The position numbers and the translations under genes were made by a program. A model generated the notes under the pieces. That model was not told the DNA's origin, ran no database searches, and saw only the letters and a program-made list of their open reading frames with translations. This document shows, in pieces, positions 6,840 to 15,812 of a DNA stretch of 20,411 nt. The DNA comes from Ignavibacteriales bacterium (GTDB taxonomy: Bacteria > Bacteroidota > Ignavibacteria > UBA10030 > UBA6906): the NCBI GenBank assembly GCA_037441705.1, contig JBBIRR010000059.1, forward strand, positions 1 to 20,411, in the 5' to 3' direction. Position 1 is the first letter of the stretch; each line of letters begins with the position of its first letter.

Positions 6840-7033
6840 CGCAGTTCGGACGTCACGGCTTATGCGCGCAAGCTTGTGCCGTGACGGAAGGGCGGGTGGC
6901 GCGAGCCTGCCGAGGCGCGAGTGACGATGTTCAATCGCAGATGCGGCGTTCGTTTCGGGTATCCCTTCTTCTTCTCAATTTGCGTATCTTGATTTCGGTT
7001 GGTTCGATCACTTTATTACCATCGAGATCAGAA

Positions 7034-8119
7034 ATGCAAATCGGTATTGTCGGGCTTCCGTTCTCCGGAAAATCAACACTCTTTCAAACAATCACCAAAA
7101 CGCATCTTGATCCGGCGGCCCTGACCAAGGCGGAAGCGCATCACGCTGTCGTTAAGGTGCCTGATCCGCGGCTGGACAAGCTGACGGAGATGTTTTCTCC
7201 CCAACGGACCGTGCATGCAACGATCGAGTTTGTTGATGTGGTGGGATTGAAGAAAGGTGAATCCGGCTCGACGCAATTCACAACGAACTTCCTTGCGAGT
7301 GTGAAGACGAACGATGCCCTCGTGCAGGTGGTGCGCCTGTTCCGCAATGACGCGGTTCCTCATCCCGACGGCTCGCTGGATGCCGAGCGAGACATCGCAA
7401 CGTTTGAAACGGAATTCATTCTCTCCGATCTCGGCGTCGTAGAAAACCGACTCGAGCGGCTCAAGAAGCAGGTGATGAAGGCCGGCGACGAACAGAGCAA
7501 ACGTGAGCTTCCTGTGCTGGAAAAATGCAAACAGGTGTTGGAAAGCGAGAAGCCGCTGCGCGAGCACGAGTTCTCCAAAGAGGAACTGCATCTCCTCAAA
7601 CCCTACCAGCTCCTCTCCATCAAGCCGATGTTGATTGCACTGAACCTCGACGAGACGCAACTGAACGACGCTTCGGCGATGGTGCAACGTATCGCAGCGA
7701 CGAAGGAAGGGAAAAACACCAAAATCATGGCGTTTTTCGGCAAGATCGAAATGGAGATGTCCGAGCTGAGCGACGATGAAGCGGAGGTGTTCATGGCCGA
7801 ATACGGCATTAAGGAGTCGGCACTCCATACGCTGATTCGCGAAGCGTATGCGTTGCTCGGCCTGCAGTCATTCTTCACCGTCGGCGAAGATGAATGCCGT
7901 GCGTGGACGATCAGGAAGGGAACGGTGGCGCAGGAAGCGGCGGGCGTGATTCATTCCGACTTTTTCCATAAGTTCATCCGCGCCGAGGTCGTTCATTTCG
8001 ATGACTTCATCGCTGCGGGCGGGTCGTTTGCAAAGGCGAAAGAAGCCGGTCACTGGCGGTTGGAAGGCAAGGAGTATGTCGTGAGAGATGGAGATATCGT
8101 GACGATCCGTCACGGTTGA
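7034..8119 (+). CDS. ychF: Redox-regulated ATPase YchF (Obg family)
   Basis: MQIGIVGLPFSGKSTLF, IEFVDVVGL, SFFTVGEDECRAWTI, AAGVIHSDF, FIRAEV and RLEGKEYVVRDGD. True start is ATG 7034. Confidence 0.96.
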   Translation: MQIGIVGLPFSGKSTLFQTITKTHLDPAALTKAEAHHAVVKVPDPRLDKLTEMFSPQRTVHATIEFVDVVGLKKGESGSTQFTTNFLASVKTNDALVQVVRLFRNDAVPHPDGSLDAERDIATFETEFILSDLGVVENRLERLKKQVMKAGDEQSKRELPVLEKCKQVLESEKPLREHEFSKEELHLLKPYQLLSIKPMLIALNLDETQLNDASAMVQRIAATKEGKNTKIMAFFGKIEMEMSELSDDEAEVFMAEYGIKESALHTLIREAYALLGLQSFFTVGEDECRAWTIRKGTVAQEAAGVIHSDFFHKFIRAEVVHFDDFIAAGGSFAKAKEAGHWRLEGKEYVVRDGDIVTIRHG

Positions 8120-8262
8120 GAGGCAGCAGCAAACGAGCGTAGACCGGTGAACGACGCGGAGAGGTGAAGATGGAGATGATCAGGGCGCTCGGCCGAGCGT
8201 GAGTAATCGCGGGGTGGCTCATCGTTGAGCACGCATTCTTTCATCATGCAAGGAAACCTCCC

Positions 8263-8910
8263 ATGAACATCGGCATTCTGGGGACAGGAGTGGTGGGCAC
8301 GACCATTGGCGCGAAGCTGATCCAGCTCGGCCATGCCGTGATGGTAGGCTCGCGATCGACACAGAACGAGAAAGCTGCTGCCTGGGCGAAAACGCATGGT
8401 GCTGCCGCATCGCACGGCACGTTTGCAGATGCCGCGGCGTTCGGCGAGATGGTGTTTCTTTGCACAAAAGGAGACGCGCTGCTCCATATTCTGGAGACGG
8501 TCGGCAGCAACCGCTTCGTGGGCAAGACCGTTGTTGATGTGACCAATCCCCTGGACTTTTCCAAAGGCGTGCCGCCCTCGCTGTTCATCTGTAACACGAA
8601 TTCCCTCGGCGAAGAAGTCCAAAAAACCCTGCCCGATTCGTTCGTTGTCAAGACCCTCAATATCGTCAACTGCGAAGTGATGGTGAATCCCGCCAAGTAC
8701 GCGCCCGATGGGACGATGTTCCTGTGCGGCAACGACATGGCGGCGAAAGAAAAAGTGCGGGCGCTGCTGACGAGTTTCGGCTGGCGCGACATCCTCGATC
8801 TCGGCGATATCAGCGGCGCACGCGGCATGGAAATGATGCTGCCTCTCTGGCTCCGCGCCTGGAGGGTGACGAAGGATGTCCACGTTGCCTTCAAGGCCAT
8901 TCGACACTGA
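8263..8910 (+). CDS. NAD(P)-binding oxidoreductase, F420-dependent NADP oxidoreductase family
   Basis: Rossmann motif IGILGTGVVG, VMVGSR, GKTVVDVTNPL, SLGEEVQ, VVKTLN, MFLCGND and DLGDISGARGME. Confidence 0.88.
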   Translation: MNIGILGTGVVGTTIGAKLIQLGHAVMVGSRSTQNEKAAAWAKTHGAAASHGTFADAAAFGEMVFLCTKGDALLHILETVGSNRFVGKTVVDVTNPLDFSKGVPPSLFICNTNSLGEEVQKTLPDSFVVKTLNIVNCEVMVNPAKYAPDGTMFLCGNDMAAKEKVRALLTSFGWRDILDLGDISGARGMEMMLPLWLRAWRVTKDVHVAFKAIRH

Positions 8911-9084
8911 GGCGAGCAATTTGTAGAGCCTTTCCACTCGCACATCTGAGCGACGATTGCTCCGCAGGTTCACTCGCCATGAGCTTGCAACTCTTCCTGC
9001 CTTTGTGCTAATTTGCACACGCGAACCGCGGCGCTGGTTCGCCGTGCGCACATCGTTCATTCACACACCGCGAATACCAAGGTC

Positions 9085-10494
9085 ATGAAGATTCGGCCGG
9101 ACGCTGCTGCGTGCCTTCTGTTTGCCGCTGCTCCGCTTTTGGTTTCTGGATGCAAGCGAGCGGCGGTAGACCCTCCGGCTATCGAGCTGCCGGAAGTGAA
9201 GACCGCCGTACTTTCGGTAAATCCCGACAACGTGTTGAGTGTGTTCTTCACGTGCAGGACAACCAATGCAGAATTCGTTTCGGTGGATGTGCTGCGCGAC
9301 TCCACGCTTCAATACTCGACCCCGACATTCATGGTTGCGTCGGACTCCGTTACGGTTCCTCTTGTGGGCTTGCGACCGCAGACGCAGTACACGCTTCGGA
9401 TGCAACTGACATCGTCTTCAGGAGGCGTCAGTCTTTACACCTCCACGCTCACGACGCAAGCACTCCCGCCGGAAATCACCCTTCCGTCATTTACGCTCGT
9501 TCGTTCCGACCTGCCGAGTGTGAAGTACGTGCTGCTCGGCATCACTCCGGCAAGCGGCGATAAATCCTATGCGGTCGTGATTGACCGCGATGCAGCGCCG
9601 GTGTGGTACAAGGAGTTTCGCGATGCCGTTGCGGATTTTCAGAAGCAGCCAAACGGGCGTTACACCGCATGGTCGTCGACCGACGGTAGTCCCTCCATCT
9701 TTCATGAGTTCGATGTGACAGGCAGAATCACCGGCAGGTATCGCGCATCCGGCAACCTCGAGACAGGCCCGCATGAGCTGCGGCTCGCGAACACGGGCTA
9801 TGTCCTGTTCGGCATCGAATTCCGTACGATGGATCTCACAGCGTACGGCGGACTTCCCAACGCATCTGTTCGCGGCATTACCGTCGAGTGGAGCCGCGGT
9901 ACGCAACCCTTCCGCTGGAGTACGTTCGATCACTTCAGCGTCGCCGATGCGGCACCGGACATTCCGCTCACGACAGCAACAGTCAATCCCTGGCATGGGA
10001 ACGCGATTGAAATCGACGCCGACGGTAATCTGCTTGTCTCGTTCCGCAACATGGATGAGATCACAAAGATCAACGCACAGACAGGCGCCATCATCTGGCG
10101 GATGGGAGGGCGGCGGAATGAGTTTACGTTCCGCGGCGATCCCCTGAACGGCTTCTCGCACCAGCACGGCGTGCGCCGTCTTCCTAACGGAAATATCATC
10201 CTGTTCGACAACGGCAATCTGCACGCTCCTCCACAGAGTCGCGCCGTGGAGTATCGAATCGATGAGACAAACAAAACAGCCGATCTGGTGTGGGAGTACC
10301 GCCCGTCGCCGCCGCTGTACGCGTTTGCGCTCGGGTTTGCGCAGAGGCTTGCCAACGGCAACACGCTCATTTGCTTCGGTACGGCGCAGCGGATCATCGA
10401 AGTCGATCCCGCCGGTCGCACCCGCTGGGAGGTCACCATCAACGACGCGCAGCGGTACGCATACAGAGCGTTCGCTCTGGAGACACTGTATTAA
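9085..10494 (+). CDS. Arylsulfotransferase (ASST)-family lipoprotein with N-terminal Ig/Fn3-like domain
   Basis: Lipobox LVSG-C, VGLRPQTQY, GPHEL, WHGNAI, LLVSFRNMD, IIWRMGG, FSHQHGVR, LFDNGN, SRAVEY and AQRLANGNTLI. Start taken at ATG 9085. Confidence 0.85.
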   Translation: MKIRPDAAACLLFAAAPLLVSGCKRAAVDPPAIELPEVKTAVLSVNPDNVLSVFFTCRTTNAEFVSVDVLRDSTLQYSTPTFMVASDSVTVPLVGLRPQTQYTLRMQLTSSSGGVSLYTSTLTTQALPPEITLPSFTLVRSDLPSVKYVLLGITPASGDKSYAVVIDRDAAPVWYKEFRDAVADFQKQPNGRYTAWSSTDGSPSIFHEFDVTGRITGRYRASGNLETGPHELRLANTGYVLFGIEFRTMDLTAYGGLPNASVRGITVEWSRGTQPFRWSTFDHFSVADAAPDIPLTTATVNPWHGNAIEIDADGNLLVSFRNMDEITKINAQTGAIIWRMGGRRNEFTFRGDPLNGFSHQHGVRRLPNGNIILFDNGNLHAPPQSRAVEYRIDETNKTADLVWEYRPSPPLYAFALGFAQRLANGNTLICFGTAQRIIEVDPAGRTRWEVTINDAQRYAYRAFALETLY

Positions 10495-10524
10495 CGACGC
10501 TTAGAGATACTCGAAGAGACCCAC

Positions 10525-11208
10525 ATGGCAACGTTCACGTTCATTCCGCTTCAGTTTCAAACCTATCCGCCCGAAGAGCAGCGGAAGCGCGCGACGGAAT
10601 TCTACGAGTTGTGCAAGCGGCGCAGGAGCGTTCGCGCGTTTGCGGACCGACCGGTTTCCCGCGACGTTATTGACCTCATCATCGCCACCGCCGGCACGGC
10701 ACCCTCAGGAGCCAACAAACAGCCGTGGAAGTTTGTGGTGGTGGATGACCCCAAGCTGAAGCACGAGATTCGCATCGCGGCCGAGAAGGAAGAGAGGGAA
10801 AGCTACGAACACCGCATGCCGCAGCAATGGCTGGATGACCTTGAGCCTCTCGGCACGGATTGGCACAAAGAGTTTCTCGAAATCGCGCCGTATCTCATCG
10901 TTGTGTTTCGCGAGAAGTACCGCATCGAGGAGGGCAAACTGAAGAAGAACTACTACGTTGATGAATCGGTCGGCATTGCCTGCGGGTTTCTGCTGGCGGC
11001 CATCCACAACGCGGGCCTCGCTGCGCTCACGCACACGCCCAGTCCGATGAACTTCTTGCGCGAGATTCTCCGACGTCCGCAAAACGAAGTCCCCTACCTT
11101 CTCATTCCGGTCGGCTACCCCGCGGAAGATGCCGTGGTCCCCGACATCTCACGCAAGCCTCTGAAGGAGATCTTGGTGCTCAACGTGCAATCGAGCGATG
11201 CTCCGTGA
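10525..11208 (+). CDS. Nitroreductase superfamily, iodotyrosine deiodinase (IYD)-like
   Basis: [27 protein letters not shown]...[10 protein letters not shown] (E/Y/K substrate-binding lid), [20 protein letters not shown] and PVGYP. Confidence 0.88.
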   Translation: MATFTFIPLQFQTYPPEEQRKRATEFYELCKRRRSVRAFADRPVSRDVIDLIIATAGTAPSGANKQPWKFVVVDDPKLKHEIRIAAEKEERESYEHRMPQQWLDDLEPLGTDWHKEFLEIAPYLIVVFREKYRIEEGKLKKNYYVDESVGIACGFLLAAIHNAGLAALTHTPSPMNFLREILRRPQNEVPYLLIPVGYPAEDAVVPDISRKPLKEILVLNVQSSDAP

Positions 11209-11478
11209 GGACGTTCCGTCACGCGCAGTGGTTACGCCATCTGATCCAATATCATACGCTGTCCTGACCCCTCAGTATGTGGTTGGCAGCAGCATGCGAA
11301 GGCCGAGCCGGGTGGCATTTTGAAGAATCGACAGTTCTCACGTCAGCCTCATCTGGCGAACTTGTCGTATTTCTCGAAGGAAACAAGGGTCCTGAGATGG
11401 TACTCGAATTGTGATGTGAGAGGACATTCCCCATCGCCGGGAAAGGAAAATGTGTTACGCGTCTGGTAGGAATGAACA

Positions 11479-11877
11479 ATGAAGATTTTGCTGGTTGATA
11501 ACGACCCTGTGTACCTGAGCCTTCTGTCGGAGGTCTTGCGGCTTCACGGCTACAAGACTGTCACCGCCATGGACGGTGAAGATGCCCTCGCCAGGTTGCG
11601 CGAGGAGTCCGTTGATCTCATTGTCTCCGACATCAGCATGCCGAAGATGAACGGCATCAATCTTCATAAGAACGTCCGCGCGGATGAGCGACTCAAGCAT
11701 ATCCCCTTTGCCTGGAACTCGGGCTACCGTGAGCTGCGAGACATTGTGGATGTTGAGAACCCGACGATTGATTTCAAGTTGGACAAAGCTCTTCCGGTAC
11801 CGAGCTTTCTCTATTTTATCGATAATCTGAAGAAGAGATTGGAACAGCAAGATACGCCGGGACTCGTACCCGCCTGA
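11479..11877 (+). CDS. Single-domain response regulator (CheY-like receiver)
   Basis: MKILLVDND, VDLIVSDISMPKMNG and KHIPF. AGGA SD upstream. Confidence 0.9.
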   Translation: MKILLVDNDPVYLSLLSEVLRLHGYKTVTAMDGEDALARLREESVDLIVSDISMPKMNGINLHKNVRADERLKHIPFAWNSGYRELRDIVDVENPTIDFKLDKALPVPSFLYFIDNLKKRLEQQDTPGLVPA

Positions 11878-11891
11878 GGCCTGTCTGCTCA

Positions 11892-13097
11892 TCAAGACTC
11901 TTCGGGCGCCCCGCCCAAAAGCTTCTCTGCGTCCTGTGATGGGAGTTGGTGTACGTCTCTGAGCCTTCGTTCGATTGCGCGCGAACGTCTCGACGCATCT
12001 TCGATGGTGTTGCTTGCTTCCTGCAGCTTCTTCTGTGTTTTATCGAGGATTTCACCGAAGCGGCCGAACTCGGTCTTGACCGCGCCGAGCAATGCCCACA
12101 CTTCGCTCGAGCGGCGTTCGATCGCCAGCGTCCGGAAGCCCATCTGCAGGCTGTTGAGGAACGCCGCTACGGTTGTGGGGCCGAGCACGGTGACGCGGAA
12201 CTCACGCTGCAGCGACTCGACGAGACCCGCGCGCCGCGTGACCTCGGCATACAGTCCTTCCGTCGGAAGAAAGAGGATGGCAAAATCCGTCGTGCGCGGC
12301 GGGTCAACATACTTCTCTTTGATGCGTCGCGCCTCCATTTTGATACGCGCTTCGAGGTTGCGTCCGGCTTCCTCCACCGCCTCCCGGTTCGCCTGCTCCG
12401 CGGCATCCACCAATCGATGATAGACGTCCATCGGAAACTTTGCGTCGAGAGGAAGCAACACGAACTCGCCGTCGCGTTCCTTTGACGGAATGCGAATGGC
12501 GAACTCGACGCGCTCGGTTCCTCCGGCCTTTGTCACAATGTTCCTGGCGTATTGTTCCGGGGTGAGAATCTGATCGAGCAGCGTCCCGAGCTGGATTTCT
12601 CCCCAGGTACCTCTCGTCTTCACATTCGTCAGCACCTTCTTCAGGTCGCCGACACCGGAAGCGAGCGTCTGCATGTCTCCCAATCCCTTATGAACAAGCT
12701 CGAGCCTCTCGCTCACAAGCTTGAACGATTCGCCCAATCGCCGTTCCAGCGTCGTGTGGAGCTTCTCATCCACCGTGGCGCGCATCTCTTCTAACTTCTT
12801 CTCATTCCGTTCCTGCAATTCTCGAAGTTTCTCCTCCACCGTTCTGCGCATCTGCTCCAGCGAATTGGTCAGCTCGGTGCGTTCCTGTCGTGCCTGAGCC
12901 CCCGTCTCCTCACGATTGCGGGCAAGTTCGTCCCGCAAAGCACGTTCAATCCGCTCCATGCTTTGCACCAGATGGTTCAACTCCGTCGGAAGCTGTGCGA
13001 GGGCGTCGGGGTGGCGACCTCTCAGCAACATCAACAGCAGGGCGCCGAGCAACACTGCCAGAATAATCGTGGATGCGATGAGAAGCGTTTCGGTCAT
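11892..13097 (-). CDS. rmuC: DNA recombination protein RmuC
   Basis: N-terminal membrane anchor and coiled coil, NVKTRGTWGEIQL, LPLDAKFP, TTDFAILFLPTEGLYAEV and NSLQMGFRTLAIERRSSEVW. Confidence 0.95.
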   Translation of the reverse strand: MTETLLIASTIILAVLLGALLLMLLRGRHPDALAQLPTELNHLVQSMERIERALRDELARNREETGAQARQERTELTNSLEQMRRTVEEKLRELQERNEKKLEEMRATVDEKLHTTLERRLGESFKLVSERLELVHKGLGDMQTLASGVGDLKKVLTNVKTRGTWGEIQLGTLLDQILTPEQYARNIVTKAGGTERVEFAIRIPSKERDGEFVLLPLDAKFPMDVYHRLVDAAEQANREAVEEAGRNLEARIKMEARRIKEKYVDPPRTTDFAILFLPTEGLYAEVTRRAGLVESLQREFRVTVLGPTTVAAFLNSLQMGFRTLAIERRSSEVWALLGAVKTEFGRFGEILDKTQKKLQEASNTIEDASRRSRAIERRLRDVHQLPSQDAEKLLGGAPEES

Positions 13098-13122
13098 ACC
13101 AAAACTTTCACCCGATCAGATC

Positions 13123-13158
13123 AAACAAAAAAGCCGACCCTGCACATGCGAATCGGCT
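13123..13158 (-). terminator. Intrinsic terminator after thioredoxin
   Basis: Minus strand AGCCGAT-tcgcatgtgcagg-GTCGGCT followed by TTTTTGTTT. Confidence 0.7.
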
Positions 13159-13242
13159 CCGGATTGATGACAGCCCGTCGTTGTCCGGGGACACGACGGA
13201 CCAGAAGAAGCCACTCCAAAATACGAGAACTTCTTCGAGCTG

Positions 13243-13611
13243 TCAATTCTTCGATATCGGTTCCGGCATCAGGACGGTGTTGATCGCTTCAACGAATGCT
13301 TCCTTCGGCATTGCGCCCATGGCCATTTGGGGCTTGCCCGTTTTCGGAATAAAGAGGATAGACGGGATGCTGCGAATCCCGAACACGGCTGCAAGCTCCT
13401 GCTCCTTGTCGGTGTCCACCTTGTACACGTTTATCTTGCCTGCATACTCTCGTGAAATATCTTCGAGAATCGGCGCGACCATCCGACAGGGCGCACACCA
13501 ATCGGCGTAGAAGTCGATGATTGCCGGAAGCTCACCGGCATACTTCCAGTCTTTGTTCTTTTCGTAATCAAAGATCTTTGTGAGAAATGTTTCTTTTGTC
13601 AGGTGCTCCAT
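13243..13611 (-). CDS. trxA: Thioredoxin
   Basis: MEHLTKETF...FDYEKNKDWKY...IIDFYADWCAPCRMVAP...FGIRSIPSILFIP. Start at ATG 13611 with AAAGGA SD. Active site WCAPC. Confidence 0.93.
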   Translation of the reverse strand: MEHLTKETFLTKIFDYEKNKDWKYAGELPAIIDFYADWCAPCRMVAPILEDISREYAGKINVYKVDTDKEQELAAVFGIRSIPSILFIPKTGKPQMAMGAMPKEAFVEAINTVLMPEPISKN

Positions 13612-13720
13612 ACTACATCCTTTCATGGGTTTGGGTGAAGTTTTGTCCACCCGTTAGATGCACCCACGTGAGCAAAAGGGTCAGTGAGTATGAAGGGGTT
13701 CAATCACCTGCGAGCGACAC

Positions 13721-13753
13721 GAGGGCAGCGTATTGCGTGTGCACGCTGCCCTC
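13721..13753. other. Perfect 11-bp stem-loop downstream of the PUR-like gene (possible terminator or RNA stabiliser)
   Basis: GAGGGCAGCGT-attgcgtgtgc-ACGCTGCCCTC. No clear U-tract on the minus strand. Confidence 0.5.
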
Positions 13754-13771
13754 TTCGCCGGACAGTGGGGA

Positions 13772-13999
13772 TCAGGCTTTTGCCGCTTCGGCCGCTTCTT
13801 CGACCGCCTTGCGGAATTGTTCGATCGTGTCGCCGAAAAATCGAACGGTCGAGCGCTTCTTCTCCTCGCCTTGCATGCTGTTCTCGGAGATCGAAAGATA
13901 CTTGTTGCCGTTCTTCGCCTCCTTCACGTCCACGAAGTACGTTGTCTTGCCCGACTTCAGCATGGTCGAGTAGAGCGAGTTCGTGTTTGCCTGCGTCAT
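13772..13999 (-). CDS. DUF3276 / PUR-repeat single-stranded nucleic-acid-binding protein
   Basis: LYSTMLKSGKTTYFVDVKEAKNGNKYLSISE...RSTVRFF...IEQFRKAV matches the PUR-repeat pattern. AGGAGG SD. Confidence 0.85.
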   Translation of the reverse strand: MTQANTNSLYSTMLKSGKTTYFVDVKEAKNGNKYLSISENSMQGEEKKRSTVRFFGDTIEQFRKAVEEAAEAAKA

Positions 14000-14043
14000 G
14001 ATGACCTCCTGTGGTTTGTGTGAGTTGTTGTTTGAAACCCCCT

Positions 14044-14073
14044 CTACCTATATAAACGAAATCAGGTAACAGC
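14044..14073 (-). promoter_or_regulatory. 30-bp conserved motif, copy upstream of the PUR-like gene (putative ECF promoter or operator)
   Basis: GCTGTTACCTGATTTCGTTTATATAGGTAG, 28/30 identical to 15813-15842. It overlaps the last codons of the peptidase gene. Confidence 0.7.
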
Positions 14074-14553
14074 CCCAGGCTTATGCTGGGAAAGCAGGCG
14101 GATTTTGAGAGCCATTGCTTCTTCGCTGACATCGAACAGGCGAGAAAGCGGGCCGGTGTGCTTGATCGTGGGCAGAAAAGACAGAAGCGTTTCGGTGGGT
14201 ATGAGAAGCTCCGAGGCGAATGCATCGGCCTCCCGGTTCAGCAGGGCGATACGCGCAGCACTGCAGGCGCGTTCCGGGGGGTGCTTCAGGACGACGTGGC
14301 CAATCTCGTGTGCCAGTGTGAAGCGCTGCCGGTGACGATGCTGGCGGCCGTTGATGCCGATGAGGCGGTGCACCGGACTGACAATGCCGGCGAACTCCAC
14401 CGCCACATCATAGAGACGCACGACGCGAAATCCCATCGCTTCCGCAATCCGCTCGATATTAACTGGAGGAGATGTATAGGCGCTGGCGCGCAGCAGTTCC
14501 AGCGCAGCGTGTCTACTCCGCTCGAACGTATCTGTCGAACGGTCCCGTACCAT
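14062..14553 (-). CDS. ImmA/IrrE-family Zn metallopeptidase (Peptidase M78)
   Basis: PPVNIERIAEAMG, IGING...RQRFTLAHEIGH (HExxH), READAFASELLIP and LFDVSEEAM. Start is ATG 14553 (TGATG overlap) or GTG 14556. Confidence 0.92.
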   Translation of the reverse strand: MVRDRSTDTFERSRHAALELLRASAYTSPPVNIERIAEAMGFRVVRLYDVAVEFAGIVSPVHRLIGINGRQHRHRQRFTLAHEIGHVVLKHPPERACSAARIALLNREADAFASELLIPTETLLSFLPTIKHTGPLSRLFDVSEEAMALKIRLLSQHKPGAVT

Positions 14554-15143
14554 CACTCACGCGACGATTGGAGGGTTGATAAGAGGTCGTTCAGCTTTTT
14601 CTCGTCCGAGGGCGGAAGAGGAAGATCGGCTCGGGTGTACAACTCGCGATACGCTTTCTCGAGAGCGAGCTTCTTCTTTCCACGTTTCTTTCCTTTGTAT
14701 CGGGCCAGCATGCCTCCCAATGCCGGCCGATATGCTACCAGGCGGCACGTTCTGCGGATGGTATCGGCAATCTCTTCGAAAGACATGTTGAGAAGCACCA
14801 TCAGCTTCTGCCACGCCGCGGCCGGGATTTTCAGCGGCGAGATGGCATCCTGCTCCATGAGTGTGTAGATGTTTTTCGTGACGCCGATGCGCGCGAAGAT
14901 CTCTTGCGGCTGCAATCCGCGGCTCCGCACGGATTTCAACAGGGCGCCAACGGTGAGCGGCATCGCTTTCTGCCCGCGTGCGAGAGCGCCTTCGAGACGC
15001 TCGATGAGGAAAGCCCGTTCTTGCGGCTGCACCTGAAGCCGCAGCGTTCGCCGCGCCACAGCCTTCTCGTACGCCCCGCGCGTGTGCACCAATCCTTCCA
15101 GCCAGGCAAGTCGAAGGAGTGCGTCAATGTTCTCGTTCTTCAT
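14553..15143 (-). CDS. Uncharacterised protein with a central XRE/Cro-like HTH, encoded in the anti-sigma position
   Basis: LTVGALLKSVRSRGLQPQEIFARIGVTKNIYTLMEQD resembles an XRE HTH, followed by a basic patch KGKKRGKKK. Overlaps the sigma gene by 20 nt and the peptidase start. Confidence 0.7.
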   Translation of the reverse strand: MKNENIDALLRLAWLEGLVHTRGAYEKAVARRTLRLQVQPQERAFLIERLEGALARGQKAMPLTVGALLKSVRSRGLQPQEIFARIGVTKNIYTLMEQDAISPLKIPAAAWQKLMVLLNMSFEEIADTIRRTCRLVAYRPALGGMLARYKGKKRGKKKLALEKAYRELYTRADLPLPPSDEKKLNDLLSTLQSSRE

Positions 15144-15804
15144 GCTGTGTCAGTTCCGGATAGTATTCTGCAAGGATGTTCACAAATTTCTTTCTCACCC
15201 GGGCGTGATAGACCTTCAGGTGTGAAACCGGCTTACCGGTGTACGAAGCGATTTCTTCGTAGGGGACGTCGAGCGCACGGCAGCGCAGCAACACACGCTC
15301 CCACGCCTCGAGCCGCTCCAGCGCGTCGGCGATTGCGGCAAGCTTGCCGACAGCACGGGTCGACTCTTCGTCCGCGTCGGAACCATCCGCGCTTTCCGGC
15401 TCCACGAGCGCATCCCGGTACTGTTGAAGGACGATGCGCGTCAGCTCACGGTCCGGCATCTCTGAGTCATCCTCTCGCTCCGTCACGATGTCGTCGTCGA
15501 AGCCGACCATACGCCCCCGGCGGGCCTGCAGCCGAACATGGTCCCGCACCTTATTTCGAAAGACCGTCATAACCCAGGCATGGAAATCTCCCTCGCCCCG
15601 CTGAAACGTGAACCCGTGGATTCCTTCCACCACCGCGAGCAGGACGTCGCTCACCACCTCCTCCGCGTCGTCCCTTCGAAGCGAGAATACCGACACGGCC
15701 TCACGAAGCAATACGCCCTGATAGCGATCGACCAGATGAGCACACGCCTCTCGTTTCCCCTCTTTCAGGTGCTGGACGAGCGCTTTCGGAGAGAGAGTCG
15801 GCAC
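15124..15804 (-). CDS. ECF-type RNA polymerase sigma-70 factor
   Basis: Region 2: DAEEVVSDVLLAVV...DFHAWVMTVFRNKVRDHVR. Acidic linker. Region 4: ALERLEAWERVLL...VPYEEIASYTGKPVSHLKVYHARVRKK. GTG start with GGAAGGG SD. Confidence 0.9.
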   Translation of the reverse strand: MPTLSPKALVQHLKEGKREACAHLVDRYQGVLLREAVSVFSLRRDDAEEVVSDVLLAVVEGIHGFTFQRGEGDFHAWVMTVFRNKVRDHVRLQARRGRMVGFDDDIVTEREDDSEMPDRELTRIVLQQYRDALVEPESADGSDADEESTRAVGKLAAIADALERLEAWERVLLRCRALDVPYEEIASYTGKPVSHLKVYHARVRKKFVNILAEYYPELTQHEEREH

Positions 15805-15812
15805 ATCCCTTC

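Noticed and set aside
6053-6924. Short ORFs 6053-6481 (-) and 6670-6924 (+) as genes or a transposase remnant
   Set aside because: They are translations of palindromic repeats with no HUH or other protein motifs.
6833-7033. 67-aa N-terminal extension of YchF
   Set aside because: It starts within a repeat. YchF homologues begin at the MxIGIVGLP motif (7034).
13772-15804. Prophage or ICE immunity region (ImmA/ImmR)
   Set aside because: There is no integrase, excisionase, divergent repressor pair or phage gene in the window. The HTH gene is coupled to a sigma factor instead.
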